A stretch of DNA of 63,352 nt, the filler included. It is 11 parts of 11 records of this genome, joined end to end, with 100 filler letters (N's around TTAATTAATTAA, not from the genome) between each part and the next. Parts side by side here need not be neighbours in the genome. Positions count along the whole stretch, not along the records: positions 12,152 to 19,967 come from SRR7504441_1309; positions 20,068 to 23,961 come from SRR7504441_1312; positions 24,062 to 30,553 come from SRR7504441_1314; 8 more parts are not named here. The stretch is one strand, 5' to 3'. Below the pieces are notes generated by a model. That model saw nothing but the letters and a program-made list of their open reading frames with translations. It was not told where the DNA came from and did no database searches. Position numbers and translations under genes: made by a program. Positions within the stretch are counted from its first letter, which is position 1; every line of letters starts with the position of its first letter. Shown one piece after another: positions 12,627 to 24,608 of this stretch.

Positions 12627-14750
12627 TCACCTGCCTCCCGAGGTGCATTTGGGCTGTCGCTTGGATACAAGCCGGTAGCTCTCACAAAACTCATTAAGAT
12701 CGATCGTGCCAGAGTTATCGATATCTATCAGCTTGAAGATCTGGTCCGGATTAATTTGTTGCGGTTTGGGCAGCTCCTTATTGAGCTCCTGCACTGCCTT
12801 GCCAAACTCCTGCTGGTCCACCGTGCAATCGTGGTTCACATCCCATGATTCAAACACGGCCCGCAACAGCGCAAAATTATCGTACAGCTGCAACAACGAC
12901 ACAGCGTGCATCTGCTCCCGGCTGCCCAAATCGCCCAGCGTATAGTGCTCAAGGAACCGCTTGTACTCGATCCGACCACCCGGGCCTAACTCAGCCCCAG
13001 GCAAGCCGGGCCGGATCCGCGCCCAGTCCAACGGCATCTCGAGCACACCACGCATCACGCTAGCCCATTGCTGCACTGTGACTGTCCCAGTTCCAGGCTT
13101 GTCTATCTTCTGAAATCCGCCAAGCAGCCCAAACTGCCTCATCCCTATCACCTGCTCCAACCTGCCCAGATTGTTCCGCTTGCTCTCATCTGCCGATGGG
13201 AGTGGTCCGCTGGAGTACCGAAATACTTGGGGTTCGTCGCTAAGCGATTGGAACTCGAGCACGGCACCTGTGGCAGAGGCTAGTGGCGGGCCATCTAGGG
13301 CATCGGACCGCTGTTGCCGCCCCCAGAGTAGTTGCTGGCGGAGAACACCGTCCACACCCTCATTCCATCCCCAATCCCCACCCAGGAACACCCGTGCTCC
13401 ATCACCTCATGCGAGCTGCAGCCGAATCACGACAGTATAATGCACAGGCTCACCGTACTATCGCTCTGAGCTGCGTGTTCCGCAGGAAAGTGGCAGCCAC
13501 GTCCGGACCGAAAAACACCTGCAGCAGTCAGCGCAGTCAGACGAGGCCGCACCCCGGCTCCGCGGTCAGTGTTGGGCCTGACGCCCGCTTTGTCTGCTGG
13601 GTCGGACCAAGTGAGGTCTTCGACGATTTGGTCGTTATCAGGTGAGGTGCTTGGGTCGTCCTTAAACAGTGAGAGGTACTGAGACCGGTCGATTTGATTG
13701 ATCTGGCGCAGTGTGACGGACGGGTCGCTGTTAACAAAATAAGGCTCAGCCCAACGAGAGAGGCTCACCGTGGCACTCCAGCATGGACAATGAACACGCC
13801 GCCTTGTCCGCCCACCACGGCGCACAGCGGGAGAGCCGTAAAGCAGAGCAGAAACAAGTTGAAAATGCCGCACGAAAATTTGCCGATCGTCTCCCTTTCA
13901 AACCCGTACGCCGCGGCTGCCCAGCCGTCACGCCCGCACGGCGTGCTGCTCACTAGTCGGTGCGTCTTCGTGGTTGCCCCTAATCAGGAAAACGTGTCGC
14001 GGATGAACGACTTTTAGCGCCAGCAGTGTGAGCAGCACCTCGCACCCATGCTTCCCTCGGTCTACAAAATCTCCATTGAACACGTACCGCCTGCGATTGA
14101 TCGGCCAGCACGTGTATCGGGCCTAATACCTGCCGCCGACCGCTGGCATGCCCCGGAGCTGTATCAAAGTGTGCAGGTCCTCCAGGTTGCCGTGAAGGTC
14201 ACCCACCACCAGCAGCGGGTCCTCCGGGCTCGGGGCCGCCAGCTGGAGTACGGTCGGCTCCCGCTTGAGAACTCCGATCGCCTCCTTGCACAGTGCCCCC
14301 GCCGACTGCTGCGAGAGTTTGGCCCCCGCCCTATCGGCCAGGCTCAGCCGGGCGAGGCGACGGCCGGACCGGAATCCCTGGAGCAGCTTGGCCGCCGCGC
14401 CCGGCTGCAGCGGATGGACTAGGTGCATCGGGTCCCCCTGTCGCTGCGGCCAGTGTGTAATCAGTCGGGCGAGACAGTGGACGGACCGTGTGAACCTCTA
14501 GTGGCATCTTCACCTCCAGTTGGTCCGCAGCAGGCTGGCCCCGGAACCAGTGCGACGCCGGCCGGATCACCTGGGGCTGGGCTGGCGGCGGGGCCGGGTG
14601 GCGGGTGGCCTGGAGCTTGGAGAAGAACTTGGCCAGTCTGGTCTTGTCGGCCTCGTGCAGCTGATCCAGCGCACTCCACACCCGCCAGCTCTCCAGCCCC
14701 GTCTCGCCCGACACCTCCGCCGCCGGAACACTCGACGAGCCGCAACCCAT
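12627..14750 (-). CDS. PPEF: Ser/Thr protein phosphatase with EF-hands (PPEF/RdgC family)
   Basis: After removing about 8 short introns: MGCGSS start, VGDLHG, FNGDFVDRG, RGNHED, WSDP, VRSHE, TVFSASNY; EF-hands DVNHDCTVDQQEF and DIDNSGTIDLNEF. Confidence 0.9.
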
Positions 14751-15044
14751 CCTGCCCACAGCACCCGACCCGATCTATCTTAGACTCCCGATGCCTACAG
14801 TAGCTCAGTTCGATTCATGTCAGCGCTTGTCTACAATAGTACAAGCACCCCAAGGAGCTCTATATACGTGCCTACAACCCTCGATTTAGTAGGTTTGCTC
14901 AGGTGGGACCCATCAACTGATTGACAATGAGGACTGAGTAAGGATTGAGAGGACTTGATACGTACAATACTCGATCGCGACGAGTACGAGTGCAAGACAA
15001 CTTTTATGTTGTTTCAAATTGGCTTTGCTTGCTACACAACCAGC

Positions 15045-15629
15045 TCAGCTCCGCTTGACCTTGCGCCCCCCGCTGGACGCCTCTGTCCCCTCCAGCCAGT
15101 CGTCGCCGCCTTCTTCGATCCGGTCGGGCCCCCCTCGCTGGACTCTCAGACTGATCAGCAGTAGCATGCCAAGACCCGCACAGAGCCCAAACACTCGATC
15201 GAGCTGGACTGGCTGCTGTTCCCAGCCTAGCTGGACAGTTTCATTGTATATGCTCTGCACGTGGGTGGTCCCGTTCTGCTGGTACAGGAGAGCCGCGGTC
15301 AACAGGTAGGCGGCCGCATCGCTGGACGGTGGGGCGAATGGGTAGCTCAGGCTCACTTCGGACTCGCCAGTCAGGTTGGCGTCCAACGGCAGCCGGGTCA
15401 GGTTGGCGACGAGGCTGCCGTAGCTGTGCGGGTGCCGAAGCGAGCCCAGCACCTCGACCAGTCGGATTTCAGCCGCCCGGTCGTTGCGCACCGCCACCAG
15501 CAGCTCGGCCGGCCGGCCCACCCGCAGCCCGGACGGGTCGAGGAGGGCGGCCGATGCGGTCACGCTCGGCAACGGACCGAGCACCCGGCCTGACGCGAGC
15601 GCTGGGAGCAGCCACCAGACCGGCCACAT
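15045..15629 (-). CDS. SSR1: Translocon-associated protein alpha-like
   Basis: Signal peptide; ELLVAVRN..GSL..ANLT..SLSYPFAP..YNETV; one TM helix; DDWLEGT and basic tail. Confidence 0.7.
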   Translation of the reverse strand: MWPVWWLLPALASGRVLGPLPSVTASAALLDPSGLRVGRPAELLVAVRNDRAAEIRLVEVLGSLRHPHSYGSLVANLTRLPLDANLTGESEVSLSYPFAPPSSDAAAYLLTAALLYQQNGTTHVQSIYNETVQLGWEQQPVQLDRVFGLCAGLGMLLLISLRVQRGGPDRIEEGGDDWLEGTEASSGGRKVKRS

Positions 15630-15728
15630 GTGGCTCGCTTTCCTGTCTCTCATTCCGGACGGATTGTGGACGCCGTGACTCTCAACTGACGCTTCGGCGG
15701 CAGTCAGTGCCACTCACAAGTGCAGGCA

Positions 15729-18700
15729 ATGGGCTGGCTGGACAACTGGAAGCAAGACGAGCAGGTGATCTCGGAGCCGGGTCCGGGCCAGCTGGACCTG
15801 CGCCCGGCCGCGTTGGTGGCCGGGCCTGGCCGACCCACCCTCTACGCCGAGATTCTAGCGCGCGAGGTGTTCAAGCGCTCGCGTGTGGTCCTGCCGGTGC
15901 TCGAGAGCATCCCTGGCGACGGCCGCTGGGCGGTTGTGGTGCATCTTTCCGTGGAGCAAGGAAACGCCGAGCTGGGGGACGAGGGGTACCAGATCAGCGT
16001 GCGCGATTCCGGGCTGAATGGTCTAGTTCTTGTGCAGCTGCTCGCAGGTACCGACCGCGGGCTGCTGTTCAGCGTAGGCCGGCTCCTGCGGGAGATGGTA
16101 CTGGACCACCATCAGTCTTACAGCACGCCGCTCACACGCGTCTGCTGCATCGACCAGGATCTCCAAATCTCCTCCCGGCCGGCGTACTCGATGCGGATGC
16201 ACCAGGTGGCGTATCGGCCCAAGACTAACGCCTACGACGCGTTCTCGGTGGAGATGATGCGGCAGGAGGTTCTGGACTTGGCCTTGTTCGGGACCAACGG
16301 CATTGAGGTGATTCCGCCTGGGATTGACGACGCAGACCAGTCGCCCAACTTCAGGGTTGCTTGGCTCGAGATGCTGCACGAGGTCTCATCCTGGTGCCAG
16401 CAACTCGACCTTCGGCTGTCCATATGGTACCCGGCCTTCTTCAAGGACTACACCGATCCAGCCACACTGCGCAAGGCCGAGGCGGTCCGTTATAGCCCGG
16501 GATAAGGGTTAGGGCCGTGCTGCATGCATCTGACAGGCCGGGGCAGCAATGGGCGGTGGTCTTCAACAGCCTGGCCAGGCTGGACATGCTCTTCGTCCCG
16601 GGCGGCGATCCGGGCGGCCGGCCTGCCGCTGAGTTCTTTGCTGTCGTGCGCCGGCAGGCTGCGTTTGTCCGGTCTGTTCATCCCGGGTGCGAGCTGTGGG
16701 TGTCATCTCAGTACGGGCTGTCCGTGTCTGTCGACCTCGGGCTCTCGGAGCCGTGGGTGCCACTGGAGGAGGAGGAGGCTTGGTTTGAGCAGCTGGGCAC
16801 CGCCGAGGTCAGCAGTCTAGTGGACGGGGTTGTGTATGGGCCGTGGAGCTGCCTGCCGATAGACGAGTTCAGGGCCCGGCTGCCCGATAACTACCCGCTC
16901 CGAAACTACCCGGACTTGTGCCACGTGCAAACTGCCGAGATGGTGCATCCATGCTCCTGCCGGGTGCATCAGCCGGCTGCAGGCTGTTTCACATTGGGAT
17001 GTGGCGTTTTCGACGCTGAACAATCGAGAAAGCGTCAACCCTCGCCCGCTGGAGTTCTTAAATGTGTTTGCGGATCAGGCGCCGCACTCTATCGGGTGGC
17101 CTGTTTTGGCAGACCGGCGGGCTAAGCTGGTGGGCAGCTGTGGCTGTTACAGCGAGGGAGTGAATGACGATGTGAATAAGTATGTCTGGTCTGTGCTGCA
17201 CTGGGGACCTGACCTGCAAGGGCCTCTGGCGAACGCTACCCCACAGGCTACGCTGCGTGCGGGCATGCTGCAATATGCCGGGTATGCCCAGCTGCTGTGT
17301 CTTTGGCAAAGGCTTCGGGGTGCAGGCTGCTCTGTGATTTTGCTCGTGGCCGACAGTTGCTGTGCGATGCACTGTATGGGCTGGAATCCAACTGGCAAGG
17401 CGATTTGTATTCAAGCACGGCGTTGCCCCAGACCAGTCAGTTGTTCGAGAAGGTGGAGCAACAGATGACGCCGCGGCACCGCTCTAACTGGCGAATCAAC
17501 CTGCTGCTCTTTCGGCACTTCCACGATGCTTTGAGCTGTGAGCCTGGCCTTAGGCCAAAGCTCACCCAGACTTGGCAGACACGCGGCTGCGAGAGGAGCG
17601 CCAGCTGGAGCAGCGGGCGCTGATGGAACTCAAGGAGGGGCTGGACAGCGGGACTGACCAACACGACCTGCACGCGCACAGGGCGCTGCAGATGCTCCAG
17701 AGCACGCCCTACCACGAGCCTCCAATTGCGACGTCCAGTTTCCACTCCAAGTCGCTCACAAATGCGCTCAACGTAGTGCAAGCCACCCCTCAGGCCACTG
17801 TGACCCACCTGTACGGCCAATTGCTCGCCCTGGCCTCCAGTCTGCGACACCAGATTGGCTACCAGCTGTCCATAGGCTTTGGAGGCCAGCACAGGCAGCG
17901 TGGCGCCTACCTCGACCTGGTGTGCCCCCTACCAATGCGCGCCTGCTGATGGCTCGGGCTGTACAGATTTGGAGCCCGCTAGGAGACGTGCAGTCTCTCT
18001 GTCGGGCGGTGAAGGCGCGGATGCACCCAGCAGCCAGCCTCAGTTCAGTCGACCAGCACCTGCTCCAGAGGCTCAACTGGTCGCTCCGCGAGACCGGTGG
18101 GAGCAGCACCCTCTGGTACGCCTCGTTTGGCGACCCAGCAGCACAGGCGCCCGACTTGAGCTCGCATCCAGCAGCTAGAGGTGCCTCGCTGCCCGTGTGG
18201 AAGGTGCTGCCACCGTATCACGAGCTTGAGTTGGGCGAGGACCCGGTTTATTTCAAGCGGCCCCTGATTGAGTACTCGGACTTCAGCAACGATAAGATGG
18301 TCGAGCGGCTGCACGATGGGTCGATCCCGAGGGCGTGGCGATCATACCTGGTCTCCATCTGGCCACGCACCTGCAGTTACAGCCTCAAACTGCCGCTCAA
18401 TGAGCTCAATGCAGCTGAATTCGGGCCGCAAGGCAAGCTGACTGTGAGAGTCACATATATTGGGCGCGATCTCAATATACATGGTGGTGACTGGCAGGAG
18501 CTAGACCGGCAGGCGATGCCGTCGAGGCTGCTGGCTAATGGGATCGAGCTGCACCCGTTCATGGAGGCGCCAGAGATCACACACTCGCACGACTTTTGCA
18601 TCCCGGCTGCGGCATTCGCCACATCTGGCAGCCAGCTGGAGCTTACATTCGAGGGTCAAGAGCCGCGGAAGAATACTTACAGATACGTGCCGATCCCAGT

Positions 18701-18764
18701 AGCAGAAGTGTGGCTCTTGGCCGAGGATGGCAGGGGCATTGCTTCCGTGGCCTCTAAGCTCTGA
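15729..18764 (+). CDS. Uncharacterised protein with a GH20/GH67-type N-terminal domain, resembling bacterial hypothetical proteins (6 introns)
   Basis: EGYQISV..AGTDRGLLFSVGRLLR; HQVAYRPKTNAYD; FVPGGDPG; RNYPDLCH; YSEGVNDDVNK; ORF pieces join through 40-62 nt GT-AG introns. Confidence 0.75.
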
Positions 18765-19118
18765 TGACATCCAGGTCACTTGGTCCGTCAATTTTAAGTA
18801 CCTGCACAATGTACATTAATATTGCACGCGATTGCGCGCAAGCTACGTAATACTGACAAACAATTTAACTGACTGAATCATCACAGCTACTATCCACGCA
18901 CGTACGAGTACAACGAACACACAATTGTTTACAAGTTACGAATAAACACTCCAATGATGACTTAATTTGAATATGCATGTACAATCGTCGGTGCTGTAAG
19001 TATCTTATGATTGACGACCGGCTTTAGAAACACACTTGTGCACAGCATACTGATCATGAGCGCCGGCGTCATCTGCAGGGCGGGCATGTTGAGATCTCAT
19101 CATGAGTCAGCGTGACTC

Positions 19119-19967
19119 ATGCTCAACTGGGCGGACGCAGACACGCTGAGAGCGGGCATGGGCGGTGGGGCGAGCCACGGGGCGTCGAGCTGGGATCAGT
19201 TCTGCGCGAGCTGTCGCGAGGTGATTGCCGAGAACGATTGGCGCGAGCTCAAGGGCTACCTCCGGCACACAGCCAAGCTGCCCACCCACCGCAAGCAGGT
19301 CGATCCAAACCAGGAACAACGGCTGTACAACCACGCTGTCTACCTGGCCGTCGGGCTGGTGCTGCTATGGTGCTGCTATAGTTTCTCGGGCTCGGCGCTC
19401 CGCGGACTGTCTGATAGCGTCCTGGCCTGTTACACAGACGCATGGACCGACGTGGCTGGTGACTGCTGCCACTGTTCACCCGAGCCAGTGGGGACAGGGG
19501 TAGACTCCCCCGCGGCCGAGGGCCAGCTGCAGGAGGCGGCACACCGGTAGCTGAGCCCGGGGACGCTAGCCGGGAGCCTTGACAGGCGCTTCCTTGCTGA
19601 AGAGAGTGCGTACTGGCGGATTGTACGACCGGCGGTGCTGCAGAGCCATCACGGGCAGTGGGTGGCGGTGGTGGGGGGGGAAATGGTGGCCGATGGCCGG
19701 AGCATGAGCAAGGTGCCGCCAAAGCCCGGGCTCGGCCCAGTTGAGACAGGTAGCGGCCAAAGCGCTTGCGGGGACTGGCCAGGCTGTCATGTTCGTAGCT
19801 CGCGTCGGGTTCGAAGACGCTGTCATCCGAGTGCTAGCTGGCACTGTCCTGCCGCCCGGCCCGGACGATCCGACCGCTTGGTACCCCCTAGTCAGCATGC
19901 CAGTATCAAGAGCCGACGTGCCAGCGGTGCTATCTCTGATCGGCTCCACAAAACTCAGGGGGGGGGG
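19119..19967 (+). CDS. Membrane protein with a DUF5678-like domain, 3'-truncated
   Basis: TM AVYLAVGLVLLWCCYSF; after two short introns RFLAEESAYWRIVRPAVLQSHHGQWVAVVGGEMVADG..VMFVARVGFE. Confidence 0.6.
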
Positions 19968-20067
19968 NNNNNNNNNNNNNNNNNNNNNNNNNNNNNNNNN
20001 NNNNNNNNNNNTTAATTAATTAANNNNNNNNNNNNNNNNNNNNNNNNNNNNNNNNNNNNNNNNNNNN

Positions 20068-20463
20068 CGCCTGCTCCTCAATCGCCTTGGGCAGGGCCGA
20101 CTCGGGAAGCTGCAGCTCGGCCAGCCAAGGCATGGCCGCGGCCGCCTCGACCAGCACTTGCGGCTCCATGAACTCGCGGCGGACCAGCCGGGCCAACGCC
20201 ACCAACGTCCGACCGAGCCCGGCGTAGTGCAGCTGGTCCGGAGGGGCGAGCGGGTTGCCGTAGAAGTCTGCCTCGCTGACCGTGTCCAGGAGCGGCTGGC
20301 GCCGCCGGCTGGCCGGGGAGGTGAGGTCGAGGTGTGGGGCGCCCCGCTCCAGCTCGAGCGCCTTGTCGGGGGACACGCTCAGCTGTTCGAGCAGCTTGAG
20401 CGACGGACGCTGCTTGCGAAGGCCGTCGGGCGGCCCGGCCTCCCTGGGCTCTGTCTGCTGCAT
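20068..20463 (-). CDS. Hypothetical protein, 3'-truncated
   Basis: Open frame from ATG (MQQTEP) to the linker with GC3-rich codon usage. Confidence 0.5.
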
Positions 20464-20529
20464 GCTGCGCGGGTGGCGATAAGCACCGGCGCACGTGACT
20501 CGGCATAGCACAGCACAGCACTGGCAGGG

Positions 20530-20556
20530 TTTACAACGGATTCAGTTTACAACGGA
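20530..20556. promoter_or_regulatory. Tandem TTTACAACGGA motifs in a divergent promoter
   Basis: Two copies 16 nt apart between divergent genes; the same YAACGG core recurs upstream of many genes in the window. Confidence 0.55.
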
Positions 20557-20646
20557 CGATTCGTTTCGAGACCGGCTTTGTCGAGCAGCCAGTCAGCGGT
20601 GAGCCCGGCGGCGGGGGCCCGGGCGAGCGTTGGGCGTGGCCAGGAA

Positions 20647-21097
20647 ATGGCGGCCTCGGCTACTATGACCAACGATGAAGTGATCGCCGAGCTGCAGGAG
20701 ATGAAGGCAAAAGTTTACCTGCCTAGCTCCTTCGGCGACGTGGCCAACCGGTTCGCCGATCTTGTGACCAACAACCTCAACGACGATACACGGGACGCGT
20801 TCTTCGGTGCGCCGCCCGGGCCGGATTCCGGAGCGATTCGGCCGGCCAGCTGTGCTTGAGGCCGGCTCCAAGAACGTCGGCAAGGAAGAGTTCGCTTACA
20901 TGTCGACCAAGAAGATGTTCGTCACCACTTACCACAGCAAGGCGCCCCCCGCGAGCCCGGCCGGCCGCCGATGCCGTTGGACAGGCCAAGTTCCATGCCG
21001 AGCAGCAGACGCAGATCCGCGAGTGGGGCCTGCAGGTTAGCCCGTGGCCGGGCCCGGCGAGCGGCGGGCCCAGGCGGCACAGCTCCCGTACACCTAA
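20647..21097 (+). CDS. Small hypothetical protein (about 108 aa, 3 introns)
   Basis: MAASATMTNDEVIAELQEMK..DAFF/AVLEAGSK..YHSK/AKFHAEQQTQIREWGLQ/AAQLPYT*; middle intron 20942-20984 is GC-AG. Confidence 0.6.
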
Positions 21098-21360
21098 GCG
21101 GCCCGCGGCTTCTGGCTGAGCTGCAGCGCATACAGAGGGCGCGAACGTGGGATCTGTGAATTATGCAGAGGGTGGGGTCGAGCCCATTGTTGCATCGGAG
21201 GCTTGCTAAACTAGGGGGTACTCACTCGATGCAGACACATAAGTAACCTTAAAACATGAAACATAGATAGGGTAATATTGCAATGTTATTGAATTCAACC
21301 ATATGCACATTGGTTTCAGTTTTGCGTAAGTACTGGTACGTACCAGTATGAGTAGTACGC

Positions 21361-22797
21361 TTAACACCGATCCTCGTCAATTGTTCTCGAGTCAATAATC
21401 GACGGTCCCAGCACCTTGAAATGGGGGCTGTTCACATGGAGAAGCGCTTGCAGTACCGCACTTCGATCGAGCATTGCGCAGCCCGTGACGTCGAGCAACC
21501 GCAGCTCGAAACACCGTTGCGACAAGCTCACGAGCGCATTCGAGCTGAAGAAGTAATCGTGCGAGATGTCCAGAGACGTCAGTCGGGGGCAGCCACTCGA
21601 GATCGCGTCCAGCGCCACGTCGGTCAGCTTGGAGCACCGCGATATATCCAGCAGCACCATCCGAGCCCCGATCTGCCCAAAAGCTTGATCCGTGAGCTTG
21701 CTGCACTTGCCGAGCCGGAGCGCGGCCATCCTGGGGCAGCATCTGGCGATGGCGAGCACCGCCTCGTCCTCAAGCAGGTGGCAGCCGTGTAGGTCTAGCG
21801 CCTCCAGCCGAGGCAGCCGGCTCACGAGCGCACTCACTGTGAGGCTGTCCAGAGGCGACTGGCAGGCAGAGTCGGCCAGATTTAGCGCCCGGAGCCCGGC
21901 ACAGCGCTCGGCCAGCTGGAGGACAGCGCCTGGGCCGGACTCGGGCAGGTCCTGCAGGCTCAGATCAGTCAGGTTGGGGCAGAGCTCAATCAGCTTGCTG
22001 AGAGCCACGCTGTCGACCAGAATGCACTCCTGCAGAGAGAGCCGACGCAGCCGGTCTCGACAGGTCTGGGCCAGCACCTCGACCGCGCGGCTGTCGGCTC
22101 GGTACACCCTGCTGATATCCAGCGCGCTGAGCTGGGTACAGCCAGTGAGCAACTTGGAGAGGTCCGCAGAGTCTAGGAAATGCCAGTCCCGCAGGCTGAG
22201 ATCCTCCAGCCCGGCCAGCCGCGCGACGGCCGCCAGCGCCACCCGGCCCAGCCTGAAGCACAGCCCGAGGTCCAGCCGGGCCAGCTTGGGGCAGCCCGCC
22301 AGCAGCGTGGCGAGCGCCGTCTCGTCTGTGCAGAAATCCAGACGGAGCGAGCGCAGATCGGGCAGCAGCCCGGCGAGCCGGACCAGCACCGCGTCGGTCA
22401 GCCGCTTGCACTGGCGGAGGTCCAGCGAGCGCAGCCCGCGGTACGGCCGAGCCTGATCGGTGCCCAGGCCCAGGTCGGTGACTGTGGCGGCCCGCAGGCT
22501 GAGCGCCGGGAGGGTGGCGTGCGAGCCGAGGAAGGCGGCGAGGCAGTCATCGCTCAGCCCGAGCCGGCCGCGCACCAGGTCGCACCAGACCGGGACCGGC
22601 GCCGGGATGCTCACGCACCGGCGGAACTCGGCCGGGGGCGGCTGCGCAGCTGGGGCGACCCATCTATGCCAGAGCGCGCAGACCAGGGCGAGTCGATTGA
22701 CCAGCGCGTTGTGCCGCCCGGTGTGGTGCGTGGGCTCACACAGCGTCGCGGCGTGTTGCAGCGTGCTCCGGCACACCGAGTCAGGCAATTGCTCCAT
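21361..22797 (-). CDS. F-box/LRR (FBXL-type, Cys-containing LRR) protein
   Basis: EQLPDSV..ALVCALW F-box-like start; many LxxLdLxxCxxLtD repeats. Confidence 0.85.
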   Translation of the reverse strand: MEQLPDSVCRSTLQHAATLCEPTHHTGRHNALVNRLALVCALWHRWVAPAAQPPPAEFRRCVSIPAPVPVWCDLVRGRLGLSDDCLAAFLGSHATLPALSLRAATVTDLGLGTDQARPYRGLRSLDLRQCKRLTDAVLVRLAGLLPDLRSLRLDFCTDETALATLLAGCPKLARLDLGLCFRLGRVALAAVARLAGLEDLSLRDWHFLDSADLSKLLTGCTQLSALDISRVYRADSRAVEVLAQTCRDRLRRLSLQECILVDSVALSKLIELCPNLTDLSLQDLPESGPGAVLQLAERCAGLRALNLADSACQSPLDSLTVSALVSRLPRLEALDLHGCHLLEDEAVLAIARCCPRMAALRLGKCSKLTDQAFGQIGARMVLLDISRCSKLTDVALDAISSGCPRLTSLDISHDYFFSSNALVSLSQRCFELRLLDVTGCAMLDRSAVLQALLHVNSPHFKVLGPSIIDSRTIDEDRC

Positions 22798-23007
22798 CGG
22801 CGTTTCGTATGATTGTGTTACTCGACGTCATAGCATGACCGCTCGAATGTGTGCTTGTGGTTCTGTTAGAGTTACTCTTTCTGCCCAATCAGCTCCCGAG
22901 ATCTAGCACGAGTATATGATTATGTACAGAGCTGCCGTAAGAGCTGCCTTATACGCGCAGTGTCGAGCACTCAAGGCGAGCCCACTAGACATCATAGCAT
23001 ATATTGT

Positions 23008-23714
23008 TCACACGGCTAGATGGACTGGCCGCGCGTGCCGGCTCCCTACTAGCTGCTCGCATACGGCCGCCCCGGCGTGCACAAGCAAGCTAGCCAGCAG
23101 CCCCTCCCAGTGCACCGCCTGCTGGCCCGCCATCAGCAGCCCGATCGCCGACACAGCAAACGGGAATTGCCAGCGCATCATTACCACCGGCAGCCCGAAG
23201 CTCAGCACAGTCGGCTCTTTCGGGTGCTCCCAACTGGCCAGGCACACCGCCGCGAACCCGAGTTCAAAGCTCAGCCAGCGCGCCGGCTGGTAGAGCAAGC
23301 CAGCGCCCCAGGCGCCCAGACGCAGGTAGCCGCGCTGGTAGCAGCCCCAGTACTGGGCGGCCAGCAGCCCCGCGGCCGCCCCGGCCAACTTGGCCACGAG
23401 CCAGCCGGCCCGGCCGGTGGCCCAGCAGCGAGCCTCGTAGGTGGGCAGGGTGCTGTGGAGCATCATCAGGCTGATCAGGCCCGGGAGGGAGGCCCCAGCG
23501 CCCCCCAGGCAGATGAATGTGCTCAGGCAGCGGTACCACTCGCCGCGCAGCACGCTCGGCCAGTGCAGGCAGAGCCAGGGCTTGATCTCCGGCCTGCACA
23601 CCGACAGCCCGGTGCTCACCAGCAGGAGCCCCAGCCAGCCTGTCCCCCAGCTCGGCCACAGGCCACCACCCGGCGCGCACCGGTCGAGATCGGCTGCCGC
23701 CGCCAGGCGGCCAT
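23008..23714 (-). CDS. Derlin (Der1-like) family membrane protein
   Basis: MAAWRRQPISTG/WLGLLLVST (intron 23640-23680); LHWPSVLRGEWYRCLSTF; FGLPVVMMRWQFPF; several TM segments. Confidence 0.65.
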
Positions 23715-23791
23715 GAGCCCGGCCAGCGTGCTGGGAGATCGCGGCGGTGCGGGGTCAGCCCAAGGTGCTGCACCAGACAGGCCTTGGCTTT

Positions 23792-23819
23792 CCGTTAAAT
23801 CAACGGACGTTTCCAACGG
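23792..23819. promoter_or_regulatory. Three YAACGG motifs in the derlin / cold-shock divergent promoter
   Basis: CCGTTA 23792, CAACGG 23801, CAACGG 23814. Confidence 0.55.
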
Positions 23820-23904
23820 AAAAACACGTTGCAGGTCTGTTGGACGCGCGAAGCTCCTCAGCACACAGGAGACACGCTCAGCAGCCTACCGTACTCACAC
23901 CAAG

Positions 23905-23949
23905 ATGTCAAAGCAGGAAGGAGTTTGCAAGTGGTTCGACAGCAAGAAG
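23905..23949 (+). CDS. Cold-shock domain protein, first exon only
   Basis: MSKQEGVCKWFDSKK, then GT donor and contig end. Confidence 0.8.
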
Positions 23950-24164
23950 GTGCGCCCCCGCNNNNNNNNNNNNNNNNNNNNNNNNNNNNNNNNNNNNNNN
24001 NNNNNTTAATTAATTAANNNNNNNNNNNNNNNNNNNNNNNNNNNNNNNNNNNNNNNNNNNNGGCTGTTCCGGCGGATCCTGCGGCTTCACCCGTGCGAAG
24101 TCCGACCCGAGCCGGCCGAGCTGTTTCCGTTGAGAAATAACGGCAGAATCCGTCGACCACCTTG

Positions 24165-24608
24165 ATGATGTCACGGCTCGCCTGCCTGTGTGCCCTACTC
24201 AGCCTCGCTGGCGGCCTGGCGTCCGAGTCGGGCGAAGATGGATTCGTCGAGGCGCTCGGAGAGGGCTGGCCCGATCCATCCGAGCCCCCGTGCACGGTGT
24301 GCAAGCTTTGCATCTTCTGCCGACACGGCCCCATGAGCTCCGGGACCTCACCGGTCTGGGACTGCATACCGGAGGTGCCCCGGTCGCACAGTCTCAGCGA
24401 CCACTGCGACCTGTGCGGCATCTGCGGCTCTGTATGCGGCCGGGGGCCTGCCAAGGGCAGCTGCGATCCGAAGCCGGAGAGCATCCCGGCCCTGTTCGAG
24501 GCGTCCGGGGTCAGCCAGAAGCTGCGGGACTCGTTCGATCAGCTGTTGAAACACCCGGAGTTTGGCACGTTCCATCAGATCGTCAAGAAACACGGCGACG
24601 ACCTCTAG
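24165..24608 (+). CDS. Small secreted or ER Cys-rich protein
   Basis: Signal peptide; CTVCKLCIFC and CDLCGICGSVC; ends HGDDL. Confidence 0.7.
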   Translation: MMSRLACLCALLSLAGGLASESGEDGFVEALGEGWPDPSEPPCTVCKLCIFCRHGPMSSGTSPVWDCIPEVPRSHSLSDHCDLCGICGSVCGRGPAKGSCDPKPESIPALFEASGVSQKLRDSFDQLLKHPEFGTFHQIVKKHGDDL

